The notes below the pieces were generated by a model. It did not search any database and was not told where the DNA came from. It saw nothing but the letters and a program-made list of their open reading frames with translations. A DNA stretch of 64,000 nt from Diadema antillarum (taxonomy: Eukaryota): assembly GCF_040938485.1 (NCBI RefSeq), contig NW_027272293.1, positions 310,001 through 374,000 of the forward strand. Direction: 5' to 3'. The position numbers were made by a program, and so were the translations under genes. Positions 36,901 to 48,900 of the stretch are shown piece after piece (position 1 is the stretch's first letter; each line of letters begins with the position of its first letter).

Positions 36901-39900
36901 TACAGTCCCTTCAGATTGAACTTTCCCGCAGTCAGGATGATAAGAGGGTGGCAGATGACAAAAACAATGAGTGGAGAACAGATATGATCAAGAAGTTAAA
37001 TGACAAAGAAGAAGAAGTGAGTTCCTTACAGGAGGATCTTAAAGTCAGTAGGGACAAGATTGAACATCTCACCCAGCAGGCATTAGAGACTGAAAAAAGA
37101 CTACAGAGTGAGTTGACCGCTATGTCCACCCACAGTGAGGAGACCGCAGAGCTCATTCAACAGATTAAAGAACGGGATGAGCGGATAAAACAGACTGATG
37201 AAGAAAATGTGGCTGCAAAGTCTGAGCTTGAGAACAGAGCTCATGCTCTACGTGAGAAGCTGAAAAAGGCTGTTGCAGAGGTAAAACAACTGAGAAATGC
37301 AGTGGCTCAGAAAACTACAGAGGCAGAGGAGCTCCTGGAAAGGCTTAAGAGTAAGGAAGACATAGAAGAGAACCTGAATGCTGTGACTCAGAAAACAAAT
37401 GAATACCAGAAAGAGCTAGGAAGGATGAGACAAGAATTAGAAGAGAGGGACTTGGCTCTGAAGACCTTGAAGGAAGTGATGATATCTAGAGAAGATGACG
37501 TCAAAGCTCAGGCAGATGTCCTAACTCAGAAACTAGCAGAGGTGAATGCCAAGATTGATGAACTGAATATGGAGGTAAGGCAGCGGGATGAAGTAATCCA
37601 AGACTTGCAGACCACTTTAGCAGAGCGTCAGGCAGCTCTTGAAGGCATGAACCAGAGCTTTGTGGAAAGAGATTCGCTTATTGCCAACCTGCAGGAAGAG
37701 CTATCTTCTCAGACTGCCAAGATTGAAGAGAGGAAACAGACTTCAGCTCCTGATGAGTCTGATGGCGTTAAAGATGAAATCGCTAAACTGCAGAAGGAGA
37801 TTGAACAAGGAAAATTGAAATATGGAAAACTTCTCACCAAAGCCAAAGATGTGAAATCCAAGTTTGAAGCTGCCAACCAGAAAAATAGAGAATTAGAAGC
37901 TGAAACTGCAGCCCTGAGGAAAGAGGCTAGTCTGAAGGAATCTGCTGCAGTCTCAGAAGCTGAGGAGAAAGAGTCACATGAAGAGCTATTAGAGGTGCTT
38001 AGAAAGAATGATGAACTGAATGCTCAGGTTTCAGCACTAGATACCACTGTCCGAGACAAGGACATGGAAATGAGGAATAAAGAAGTCCAGCTCAGGGATG
38101 CCACTAATGAACTCAAAAAGCTTCAGGAAATACTGACTCAAAAGGACATGGAAGTTTCAAACCTTAGGGCTGACTGGGATGTGACCAAGAGTACAATAAC
38201 TGAGCTGACTGCTAAAGTTGATCAACTCAACTCATCCTTACAGGATTCCCAGGAGAAGAATCAGTTGATAGAGGAGAAGCTGGACAATGAAAGGAGAATG
38301 ATCAAAGAGCTAATGGACACTTGTCAGATGAAGGAAGAGTGCATCCAAAAACTGGAGGATGATGCTAACGAGAAGGAAAGATTACTAGGTGAGTTCAAAC
38401 AGGAGTTAGAAATGGAGAAGAAACGGTTTGCTGAAGCTGAAACCCAAGTGAAGGATACAGATGTGCGGGTTGAGGAGTTGTTAAGATCCATTGAACAGAA
38501 AGAACAGATGCTGGAGGAATTAAGGGCAATAGCTGATGAGAAAAAGCAATTGTTTGAGCGTTTGGTGCAAAAAGACGAACTGGTTTCGAGACTCACTGAG
38601 GAATTGGCAGTGAAGTCACAGCAACTTGAGGAAGATTCTGGAGAAATGGAGAAAACTGTTACTACACTAAACAAGCACGTGGAAGGTCTTGCAGCAGAGC
38701 GTGATTCATCCGTAGAGAGATTACAATTGGTAGAGGCTCAGCTAGCCAAAGTGAAAGAAGAAAATGTTGCATATCAAAGAGAACTTGAGAGCATGAAAGA
38801 AGAGAATGCATCCATCAGTGATAAAGCAAAGTCGGCTGAGGAGTACTCAAGAGAAAAAGAGGCGATGAAGGCACAAATGAATTCCACAATGGAGGAGATG
38901 GCAAGACTCCAGACAGAGAATACTGACATGCACTCTAAACTTGAGGAGCTGCATGTGGAAAATGCTGGATTAATGGAGAGAGAGGTTGTCCTCAAAGATC
39001 AGGTTGACCAAGGAAAGACATCAGTATTGGAAAGCGAGGAGCTGGCATTGAGACTGCAGAGAGCTAATGAAGAACTTGTCAGAATTGAACAGGAACTACA
39101 GGAGAGCAGGAATGAGGTAAGTTATCTAATGTATAAAAATAAATCTAGTAATTAGATAATGAGAAGGTACAGTAGCTTTGTCTTCAAAATTCTGTTGCAT
39201 AAATCAAGTAGATCTTTTATTGCTTTCCTTAACATGGTAGTACAAGGACACATGAACAAGAAAATGAAAACCTCTGTGTAAGATATCGTAAGGATCTAAT
39301 ATGAGCATTGATTCAAATCTTTGACTTGGAAGCTATGTGTTCTCTATCTTTACTGCATTGTCCAATACATTTGGTCTGTGTAGTGATGTGGAATAGCATG
39401 AGGTAGTATGATATATTGAACAAGTTTAAAACAGTCTAATGGCTTGATGGATGAGTTGAACTGTGCATAAGAGGTATTGGTGGTATAGAACTGGTATTAT
39501 GATAATATTATGTTTTGGGAGGGTAACAGAAGACCCTAAGTTCTGTGTTTGATTTTTCCGCCCCCTTTTTTTTTTCAGGTCCGCAACATCCCTTTTGCTT
39601 TAAGAAAAAAAAGATTAAAAAAAAGTGCCTTATCTTTATGCATATTGTCAAAAGGATCTGGTATTTGTTTTCTGTTAAATGAAAAATGCTTTGTGACAAT
39701 TATATTCTACTTTAAGTTGTCCATCGTCTAAGGAGTTTTGACTCTACTGATGCACAAATGCCTTCCATTCAATGTGCAATCACAAAATTCCCCCAGTTTT
39801 GCCTTGTATTGAAAAGTTTAACTTAGTTCTTGCAGAAAGTGAAAGAACAGTGATGTTGTGTAAAATTATGCATGAAGCTATTTTCTATTATATTTTGTAT

Positions 39901-42900
39901 TACCAAAGCTACCTGTGAATAAGGCCTTCTGTGCAACGATAGCAATAGAGGATAGTTATCTTCTCCACATTACTAAGGTTATTTGAATTCATTCTGGAAT
40001 TCATGTGATTGGATGTCTCAAAATAAAAATGAAGAAGGCCGATGTGTAATCAAATGATTTAGAAGATACATATGTAACAAGAAGTATGCAAATGTATACT
40101 CTGTTAATTTCTGGGAAAAACAAGCAGAATAAAGTGCATGGACTAGGGAAATATTTTCTTCCATTTTTTTTCTTGCAGTTTACCAAGCTTACTGATGCTT
40201 TAAAAAAGGAGCAGAGCCTAAAGACCAGAGCTGAGCAGAGAAGTGAAAAGCTGAAGGAGCAGATTCAGAAAATCAAGGAGGCCAAGCGGAAGATGTCATT
40301 AGAAATGGAGCAGCTTCGTCAGGATAAGGAAAGTGCCTCTGAGGGCATTGTCAAGAAGGAGGAGAGTTATCTGGACAGATTAGGCAACATGGAGAAGGAA
40401 GTTGAAGTCCTGCGTCAGTCTCGAGATGAGAGCTGGTCTGAAAAATCATCCCTTCAAGAGAATATTGACAGACTTGCCAAGGAAACCAAGGAGCTGCAGC
40501 AGGAGAATGAGCTTCTGAGGAGTGTTGTAGAGGAATCAGGAACAAGCCTGGATAAGACAAGGAGAGACTGTGATGCCTTGAAGACAGAAGTGGAGGATTT
40601 GAGAAAGAAGAAGGTGAAACTAGAAGAGGAAAACATAAAAATGCGAGGGGAGGTGAAGAGACTGAAGGGTGAGGATGAAGTTAACAAGGTGGAGTTAGAA
40701 GAGTTGAGGATGGGGCTGAAGGTAGCAAGAGAGAAGGGTGACAGGTTAGCAGCTGAGCTGAAGGAAGTGGTGAAGACACGGGGCAAAGAAGGAGATGGGC
40801 TGAAAGCCAGGTTAAAATCCCTGGAGGTGGAGCTAGAGGCTCAGCACAAGTTGTGGGAAGATAAATATGAGAAGGATGTTGCTATCTATGAAAGGAGAGT
40901 AGCAGACATGACTGAGGAACTGAGGAAGAGTAATGATGATGTTGTTAGTGCCAATGTGGACATTGGTAAATTAACAACAGAGAAAAATTCACTGCAGGTC
41001 ATGAACACTGAGCTCGCAAACACCCTTACAGAAGCAGCGGAGAAATTACAAACAGCGGATCATGCCTTGGATGAAGCAAGAAAGGAGGTGGTGAGACTGC
41101 AGGAGGAAATTGCTGAGATGCATGGTGTTAATGAAGGGGCAGAACAGTTGAGTGGGGAGAAGGCAAGATTGGAGCAGGAACTGACAAACCTTGCCCAAGA
41201 GAATCGTGAGCTTGGTGATGAACTGGAGCACTGTCACTTAGAGATTGATGAAGTTGGCTCGGAGATGAGGGAGTTGCGAGAGCAAAACAAGCAGCTGCAG
41301 CAGAGGCTTGGGGCCATGGAGGCAGGAAAACAAGACCAAATCCAACGCCTCCAGAGTGAGATGTCTTCTCAACTTGCGATCTTCCAGGAGGAAAAGTCGT
41401 CCGTGGCTGTAGAGATGGAGTCACTCCAAAGGCAGTATGAGGATGTGCTGAATGATACCAGTAGTCTTCGGGAGGAAGAGGAGAGGTTGCAAGAGGAGTG
41501 TTCTAGGCTTCTTACTGAAGCAGAGATTATTACCAAGGAAAGGGATGGGCTGAAGAGTGAGGCTGGGGTGCTCTCTGCACGTGTCCAAGGACTTGAGCAA
41601 CAACTACAGGGCCAGGGGTCAGTGGATGAGAGGTAAGCCATAAATTGTGCTTCTACAGCTGAAGGAGTAGACAGGGAAATGTTTGATGGTTAATACATAC
41701 ATTATGTGTTCCATGAGCTGCATCTGTCCAAACAGATATGATAATCAAAACATCTTAAAGTGAATGTATGTACAGAAGTGCAGTGATATAAAGATGTCAC
41801 TCTCTCAAAACCAAGTTTTGAATAGCTTTTTTGCTCATATAAGTCTATCCTCTTTCCAGAATCTGAGACAGGTAGATGTGGTTGGGATCGGGGAACTTAA
41901 TCACTTATCCTTTATGTCAAGAAGCAGATGAGGCTGTTGTCTAGGTCATAGAGGTTACATTGTAGTTCTCTAATTTTTGCTGTTTTCAACGCATCAAGTG
42001 CCACAAGAAATACAGAGAAACAAACAGCCCAAAATCTGGAAGTGCATTCAGATTTACAAACAAATGTTGTTGTAATTTGCAGACAGGTAGAAGGACAAAG
42101 ATGTTGAATGTGGAAATGAATAATGAATTGCATTATAATTGTCCGTGACATGTCTTTTAGCACATAAGTGATCCCTTATATTTTTGTTTATTTTTTGGTT
42201 TTCTCTAAAAATTAATCCATGTACTTTCTTTGACAATATTAAGGACTCCTTCTAAGACTTATTTATTTATTCTGTTTTCCTGATTGTGCTGTTTTAGGTT
42301 GCAACAACTGCTGGACTCTGAGCAAACAATAAGACTCGAACTGGCCCGGTCTACAGAGGACAGGGATAGAGCTATCCAAGGCCTACATCAGAGGGAACTC
42401 AGGCAAGTTTGTAGAGGGCACAACATTTGATAAATTTACCTTAATAAGATAAACAGGGAAATGTTGTACACCATCCCCATATTGGATAGATGTCTATATA
42501 TATTATATGATATTTCCATGAGATATTTATAGCATGGCTGTGATTTCTGTACTGAAAAAACCAAGAAAGAATGAATGGCTTTTATGGAATTTATTGAGTA
42601 TGTAATTTCTGTGCATGACTCTGATTGTGCATTTTAATAGTATGCACACATTCAACACTTATTGCTTCTACATTATTGGGCCCACAGCATCACTAATAGG
42701 AAAGCATCATGCAATGCACACATGTGTACAGTTGTAGACTAGCTAGATTATCATGCATACATGCACAGTGTTTGCAACTTTGAGCTCACAATAGCAAGCA
42801 ATACAATGTATATTGCTCTACAAGTGTGTACATCTTAACAGAGTTTCCAACCCATAAAAGATTGCAGGAATGTTGTTCTCTTGTGGAGTCATTGGTTATT

Positions 42901-45900
42901 TCCAGATGACAATGTTTGTATTTATATTTCATATTTGTATGTTATATTCTGACCTACACTGTAGATGTGAAACTCTGACACAGAGGGTAGCTGGCCTTGT
43001 AGAGGACAACAAGAGTCTAAAAGTCCTCCTCAGAAACAAGGAGCGCAATCTGAAGGATGCTGAGCAATACATCAACAGATTGAAGAGCGAGTTTGCTGCC
43101 CTCACTCAGCAGGTGGAAGAGAGTCAAGGGAATGTCAGCAAGATGATGGTACTCCAACATGTTATATCATAATAGATGTGTTTATGACAACATGCCATGT
43201 GATGTATTCCAAATGCTCTATGAGAATATTCTTTCCATTAGTTTAACTGCATGTTACACCTAAAAAAGTGCTTAGTCTATTGTAATATGTAGATTAATTA
43301 AGTGAACATATTTTCAAAGAGAGCTATCACAACAACGTCACAGAAAGAAAACTTACATTTATTCATAATTATACTTTCTCATTGCTAAAAGTATTCTATT
43401 AATTCATGTAAAAAGGATTCCAGACCTAAAGTAACTCAACAATATATGACTTGGTAATTTATAACTTTGGTTTCATCTTCATAGTAATGACCATTATCGA
43501 AGGCAATATTTAGATGCCTTTCTTTATAGCAAATGTTTTGTTGGAAATTGTCAGTTTATTGCATGGTCTTTGGTACAAATAGAGGAACAGTTTAATGCAC
43601 TTCAGACTTTTTTTGTAATTTTAGTTTTTTCCCAGACTTCCTGTACCTTCATACAATGCACACAGTGTACCTCTGTATCTGGGAATTATCATAGTGAGTC
43701 CTTTGTACACTGGGCTGGTTGAGTGCAGTTCTGTGTGTGTTCTGTAAACCTTTCATAAGATTATATAAAAAAATATGTAAGTTGTATTCATCTTTGTGAA
43801 AAAAAAAAATGGTTGTTTTGCTCTTTCTGCAGGTGGCTGAATCACCAGTGGTCAAGGAAGAAGTGATTGTCCAGCGCAGTGCTCCAACCCAAGACCAGAT
43901 GGCTCCTCCTACTTCACCATCCCCTCTGACCATCAAAGAGGAAGAAGTCACACTTCTAACAAACAAGTTAGTTACTTTCACTGTGACATCAGGGAGCTTT
44001 AAATTTGCGTGGAGGCTTTAGACGATTGTGTTGACTGTTCTCCCCACTCCCTGCCTCATTTTGCAGAGCAGCTTTAGATTACGTGGAGAGGCAGCCTATA
44101 CAAAGTGAAATAGCACCCCTGTGATCAGTGCGTCAAGTGGATGCAAAAATTGCCCAGAATGTGTAGTGAAAACTTGGCAAATTCAAATTTAATAAGCGAT
44201 TTTGCGTATGCGCAGAACAGGGGTTTTTTTCCCCTAAACAGCCACATCGCAAAAATCTAAAGCTTCCTATCCTTGCATAAGGCAGCATCTAACTTTGCTG
44301 AATATTGGTGAACCCTTTCCAACCCAGGCTCTAAGAGAGTATTAGAAATGCATGTTTTCATGCCTTTTAATACAGCTTTTTAAACTGCAAGAGAGTCCAT
44401 TTTGTTTGTTCCATTCGTATTTTTTATTCTAAATGTTTACTTTTGGTGAGAATAAGAACCAAACCCTTACTGAGCTGCTATCCACTGGTAGCCACCATTG
44501 TGATATCAATGTTCATCCATCTACCTCCTGACCTCTTGTTTCTATTTCATTTTTAGATTGACGGAAGCTGAGAAAGAGAGAGAACATTTGGCCAGGACAG
44601 TTTCCCAAGTGGAGGTAGTGGTACTTTAATTCATCTTACATTGATGTTTTCTTGGCTGAATTCTTTCCCATGAGCTTATCTGTAGATTACAAGGAGTCTG
44701 TGTATGTGCCTTTTGTGAAATTTAAATTATACCAAATAAGTGAAATGTACTGTTTCTAAAAGAAAAAAAAAGAGATTTTTGAGATGGATGTCATTTTGAA
44801 GGCTTTAGTGAGGTGTAAATTGAGGATTAAGAAGAGGTAGTACACAGAGCTGTTAAAAGAGATATCAGCATTGGCACTCATGTTCGACTCAGTGCCACAA
44901 ATCATTGCTAACTAAAATGTTACAGGTAGACCTGTGATTTGTTGAGCAATCGTAAGGAGGGGGACTTATGAATATTATCATTGCGGCATTGTATTCAACA
45001 GTCATGCTTTCTACACATTCTACAAGTGGAAAAAAAAAGATCTTAAAGGGATGGTACAGTATTGGTGGAGATGAGAATTGGGTTTTTAACCTTTTGCGAG
45101 ATACCATAAAAACACTTATGATATGGTACAGAACATACCATTTTAAGAGGAATTCAAAGTTTATTTGATGAAAATCGGGTTTGGAATGACTGAAACATCC
45201 AAAAACAAAGTAAAACAAAGCAATTGTAATAAAGTGTGGGTCCCACAATTTATTAGAATCGCTCCTTTTTGGATATCTCAGCCATTTCAAAATCAATTTT
45301 CATCAAATAAACGTTGAATTCCTCATAGAATTACATGCTCTTTCATATTTCATAAGAGGTTTCTCATCATCTCACCAAAAAAATGTTAGAAACCTGAAAT
45401 TAGGCCTCAACCAAAACTATATGGTCCCTTTAACTTTGAACTTCTGTTGGCTATGGTGCAGTGCTCACTGAAACACACTTTATGGGGTGATTATGATTTT
45501 GTTTTGTTATCATCAGTGTTATAAAGAATAGTATTTACTATGACAACAACAGACTATTGTACTCAATAAGTACATATTAAATGAAGCACTTTGCCCAATT
45601 TTGATATCATGCCTGATCCTCTACAGCACACACAAAAAAAGAATAAGTCAAAGCTTCCTCCTTAGCCCCCCTCCTCAACCTATTTGCACCACATATTGCA
45701 CACCATGCAGTTTTGTTTTTTTTTAGTTCTTTTGAGATGGCTGTAGTTAAAGGACAAGTTCACCTTCATAGACATGTGGGTTGAGTGAATGCAGCAATAT
45801 CAGTAGAGCACATCATTGAGAGTTTGAGGAAAATCGGACAATCCTTTCAATAGTTATGAATTTTTGAAGTTTCTGCTCACTCAAGGCTGGATGAGAAGAC

Positions 45901-48900
45901 TACTATAGCTTGTGATGTCGCATGAGTACAACGATATAAAGAAAGAATAAAGAAAATTCAACATATTCTCACTTTTCTCGCATAACAAAAGAACACTTGA
46001 CTTCTCTCTTTCAGAAGGCAAGGGGAATAATATTACCCTTAACATATGTCAGCAACAAGTCGAAGAAATGTTCACTTGATTCAAAAAGTAAAGTTTTGTG
46101 AAATTCTCTTTTTATTTTCTTTATATGGTTGTACGCATATGACATCATACACTATAGTAGTCTTCTCATCCAGCAGTGACTACGCAGATACTTAAAAAAT
46201 TCACAACTTTTGAACGGATTGTCCGATTTTCCCCAAACTTTCACTGATGTGTTCTACTAATATTGCTGCATTCACTCAATGCACATGTATATGAAGGTGG
46301 ACTTGTCCTTTAAAGATTGATTAATTCCTTCTACAGGCATCCCTTCTGTATGAGCAAGAACAGAGGGCCTTTGTTGAGGAAGCTTTACACCATACCCAGG
46401 AGAGACTACGAGCTCAGCAGCGGCCCGCTGACCCTCATCACTCCTCAATGTCAACCCCTATGGCAATGAGGAAGGAGTACAGTCTTTACATTGATTCAGA
46501 TGATGAAGACACTCAACTTATGGTGAAGGCATACAAGGCTGGTCATCGCTTGAGTAAGTGCTCTGGTGCTGCTGTCAAACTCTACGTTATTACCTCTGCC
46601 AAGGGAGGAGGATATGTTTTCATTACTGTTAGTTTACTTACCAGTATTTGTTTGTCCGTGTGCAAACTATCTCAAAAAGTTGTGAATGGACTTGCATGAA
46701 ACTTTCAGGAAAGGCTGAGAATGACACAAGGAACAGATGATTAAATTTTGGAAGTGATCCGGGAATTTTTATGGTTTTATGAAGGATTTTTGATATTTTG
46801 GCAGGTAGGGTCAATGAACTGGAGAGTTTAAGCTGCGTATTTTTGAGGTTTTCATACATGCACTAGAGTGCATGCTCTAGTTTCTGGTCTAGGGTGAGGC
46901 GCCGCGCAGCTGGCATTAATGACATAACAAAAGGCTTTATGTTGGGAAATTGGGCGATTTTCAGCATGCATACATATGGGTAGAAATCACTGATCTCTAT
47001 GGAAGAACAAGATCAGTGGTTGAAATGAGCTGCTTGGCAGAAGTCTGCGCTCTCAGAGTGTGTCTCTAGTTTATAATCTAATATCATTTTTATTATTTTG
47101 TAAGCATGTAATGGGTTGTGCTTGCAATAGTACAAAGTAGGCAGTCAGATCACGCTATGTAAATATATGAAATATATCACCCTTTATTGAAATAAGCACT
47201 CAATTATTTTTCAAGTTTGATTTGCAACTGGTTCTATATTCAGTCATGAGCAGAAACTTACTTAGGCCTAGTCATTTAGACACATACGTTGTACACCAGA
47301 TACATGTGTGTCTACGGATTGTAGCTTGAAGAGTTATTTTTTAAATGATATCTCCCTAACTCCACTGACCATTTGAGACAATTTTGAGTTACAAGTACCT
47401 CTGTGGGGTAAAAAAAAATCTTAGCTTCAGGGAAACACTACCATTTATTGTTAGTGTAGTTATGTTGTACATGTCATAGGGGCTTTCAGTTAAAGCCACG
47501 TTGAGTGCTGATCAAGACCATGCAATGAATTACAAGCAGGGGCTTCTTACCTTTCTACATTTATGTGGATGAATGAAACAGTCTTGCACACTTCTAGTTG
47601 ACATGGAGATCATAAATACATGTATGTATACATACTGCATTAACATATTTCTCTTCTGTGTTTGACAGCTCGCCATGGTAATACATTTGCGAACAAGTTT
47701 AGGAGATGCTTCAAAGGAAGAGGGTAAGTGATGTGAAATGCATGTAGGTAATTGGGACATCTAGGTGATAGTATTCTTGAAAATGCTTAAGCCAGCATGT
47801 ATGCATGATGGTATCAGATCTTGGAATTTTGCTAAGTTCAGGGGAGTCCCGCTATAACAAGGCCAGACACAAGAATCCACTTCTGATGAGGTAAACTGTT
47901 CCTTCTCAGTAAAAAATGAAGAAAAACGTGGCAGACTTTGTGCGGATATAATGAGGAAATATTTGTTCCAAACCAAACAGTGGTCAAATTGAAGCACCAT
48001 GTCAAAACCAGCAAACTACTGTTGAGTACCGGGTTACTATTTTGTAATCACTGCATGCTAACAGTAAGTGACTACCCCCACTGCCGAGCTTCATATATAC
48101 AGTTGTACATGTCTGCTCTGCATTATCTGAGCTTTGATTGGCTTAGTAGATAGAGTCATGTTGACCCATCAATAACTTTGGAGATGTCACTGATTGTAAA
48201 AGTATGAGAGACTTGGAACTGCTTTACTTGGCGCTGATGTTTACGAGATGAAAGTGAAGTGCTTTCCATCCGTACTCAATATATCTTTTATTCATTGACC
48301 GAAACTTTGGTTGTATCGTCCTATCAGACACTCAGAAAACTGATGCATTATTCATGAACATAAGGATCCTTGTTTCATGTGCTTGGCACTATGCACCTGA
48401 CTTTATCAAGAAAAGAACATTCATTTTTATGTCTTTCATCTTTATATCTTGAGAATTTCTTCCTCTGCAATACCTTTGTTGAAGACGTTATTTTCTTCAT
48501 TTTACATACATCATTATTTTGCCTGCTCTGTTCGTAAATTAAAACTCATTTCTTTTAATCTATATTGTCACACATGTTGTTTTATTTATTTCTTTGAAAG
48601 TTAGACTATGTGATATCCAGTCCATCTCAAGCAGGAATTGGTTAATATGATTGCTGTGCATATCAGGCACAATTACAGCTGAAATGGTTTTGGCAAGTTT
48701 ATTGTTTTATGTTCACTGGAAAGAGAGAGGAAAGGATGTCACGTTGAATAACACTTTAGGTCTTGTCCTCTTCTGAAATATAGCTGAATGTGTGATGCAA
48801 GTAATCTACTTACCATTGTGACTTGTAATGTCAATAATAATGCTCTTCTTCATTATCATGTATTTAATCTCCAGAAGTCTGACGAGAGTTGTTCAAGGTG

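Noticed and set aside
34446-39155. The 1569-aa ORF as a standalone gene (SMC, myosin or phage tape-measure-like)
   Set aside because: It starts at a non-ATG codon, is bounded by canonical splice sites and joins in phase with the neighbouring giantin exons.
34931-41641. Many S/L/F-rich - strand ORFs overlapping the large exons (also at 11548-11958 and 20024-21047)
   Set aside because: These are antisense shadows of E/K/Q-rich coiled-coil codons, with no independent coding signal.
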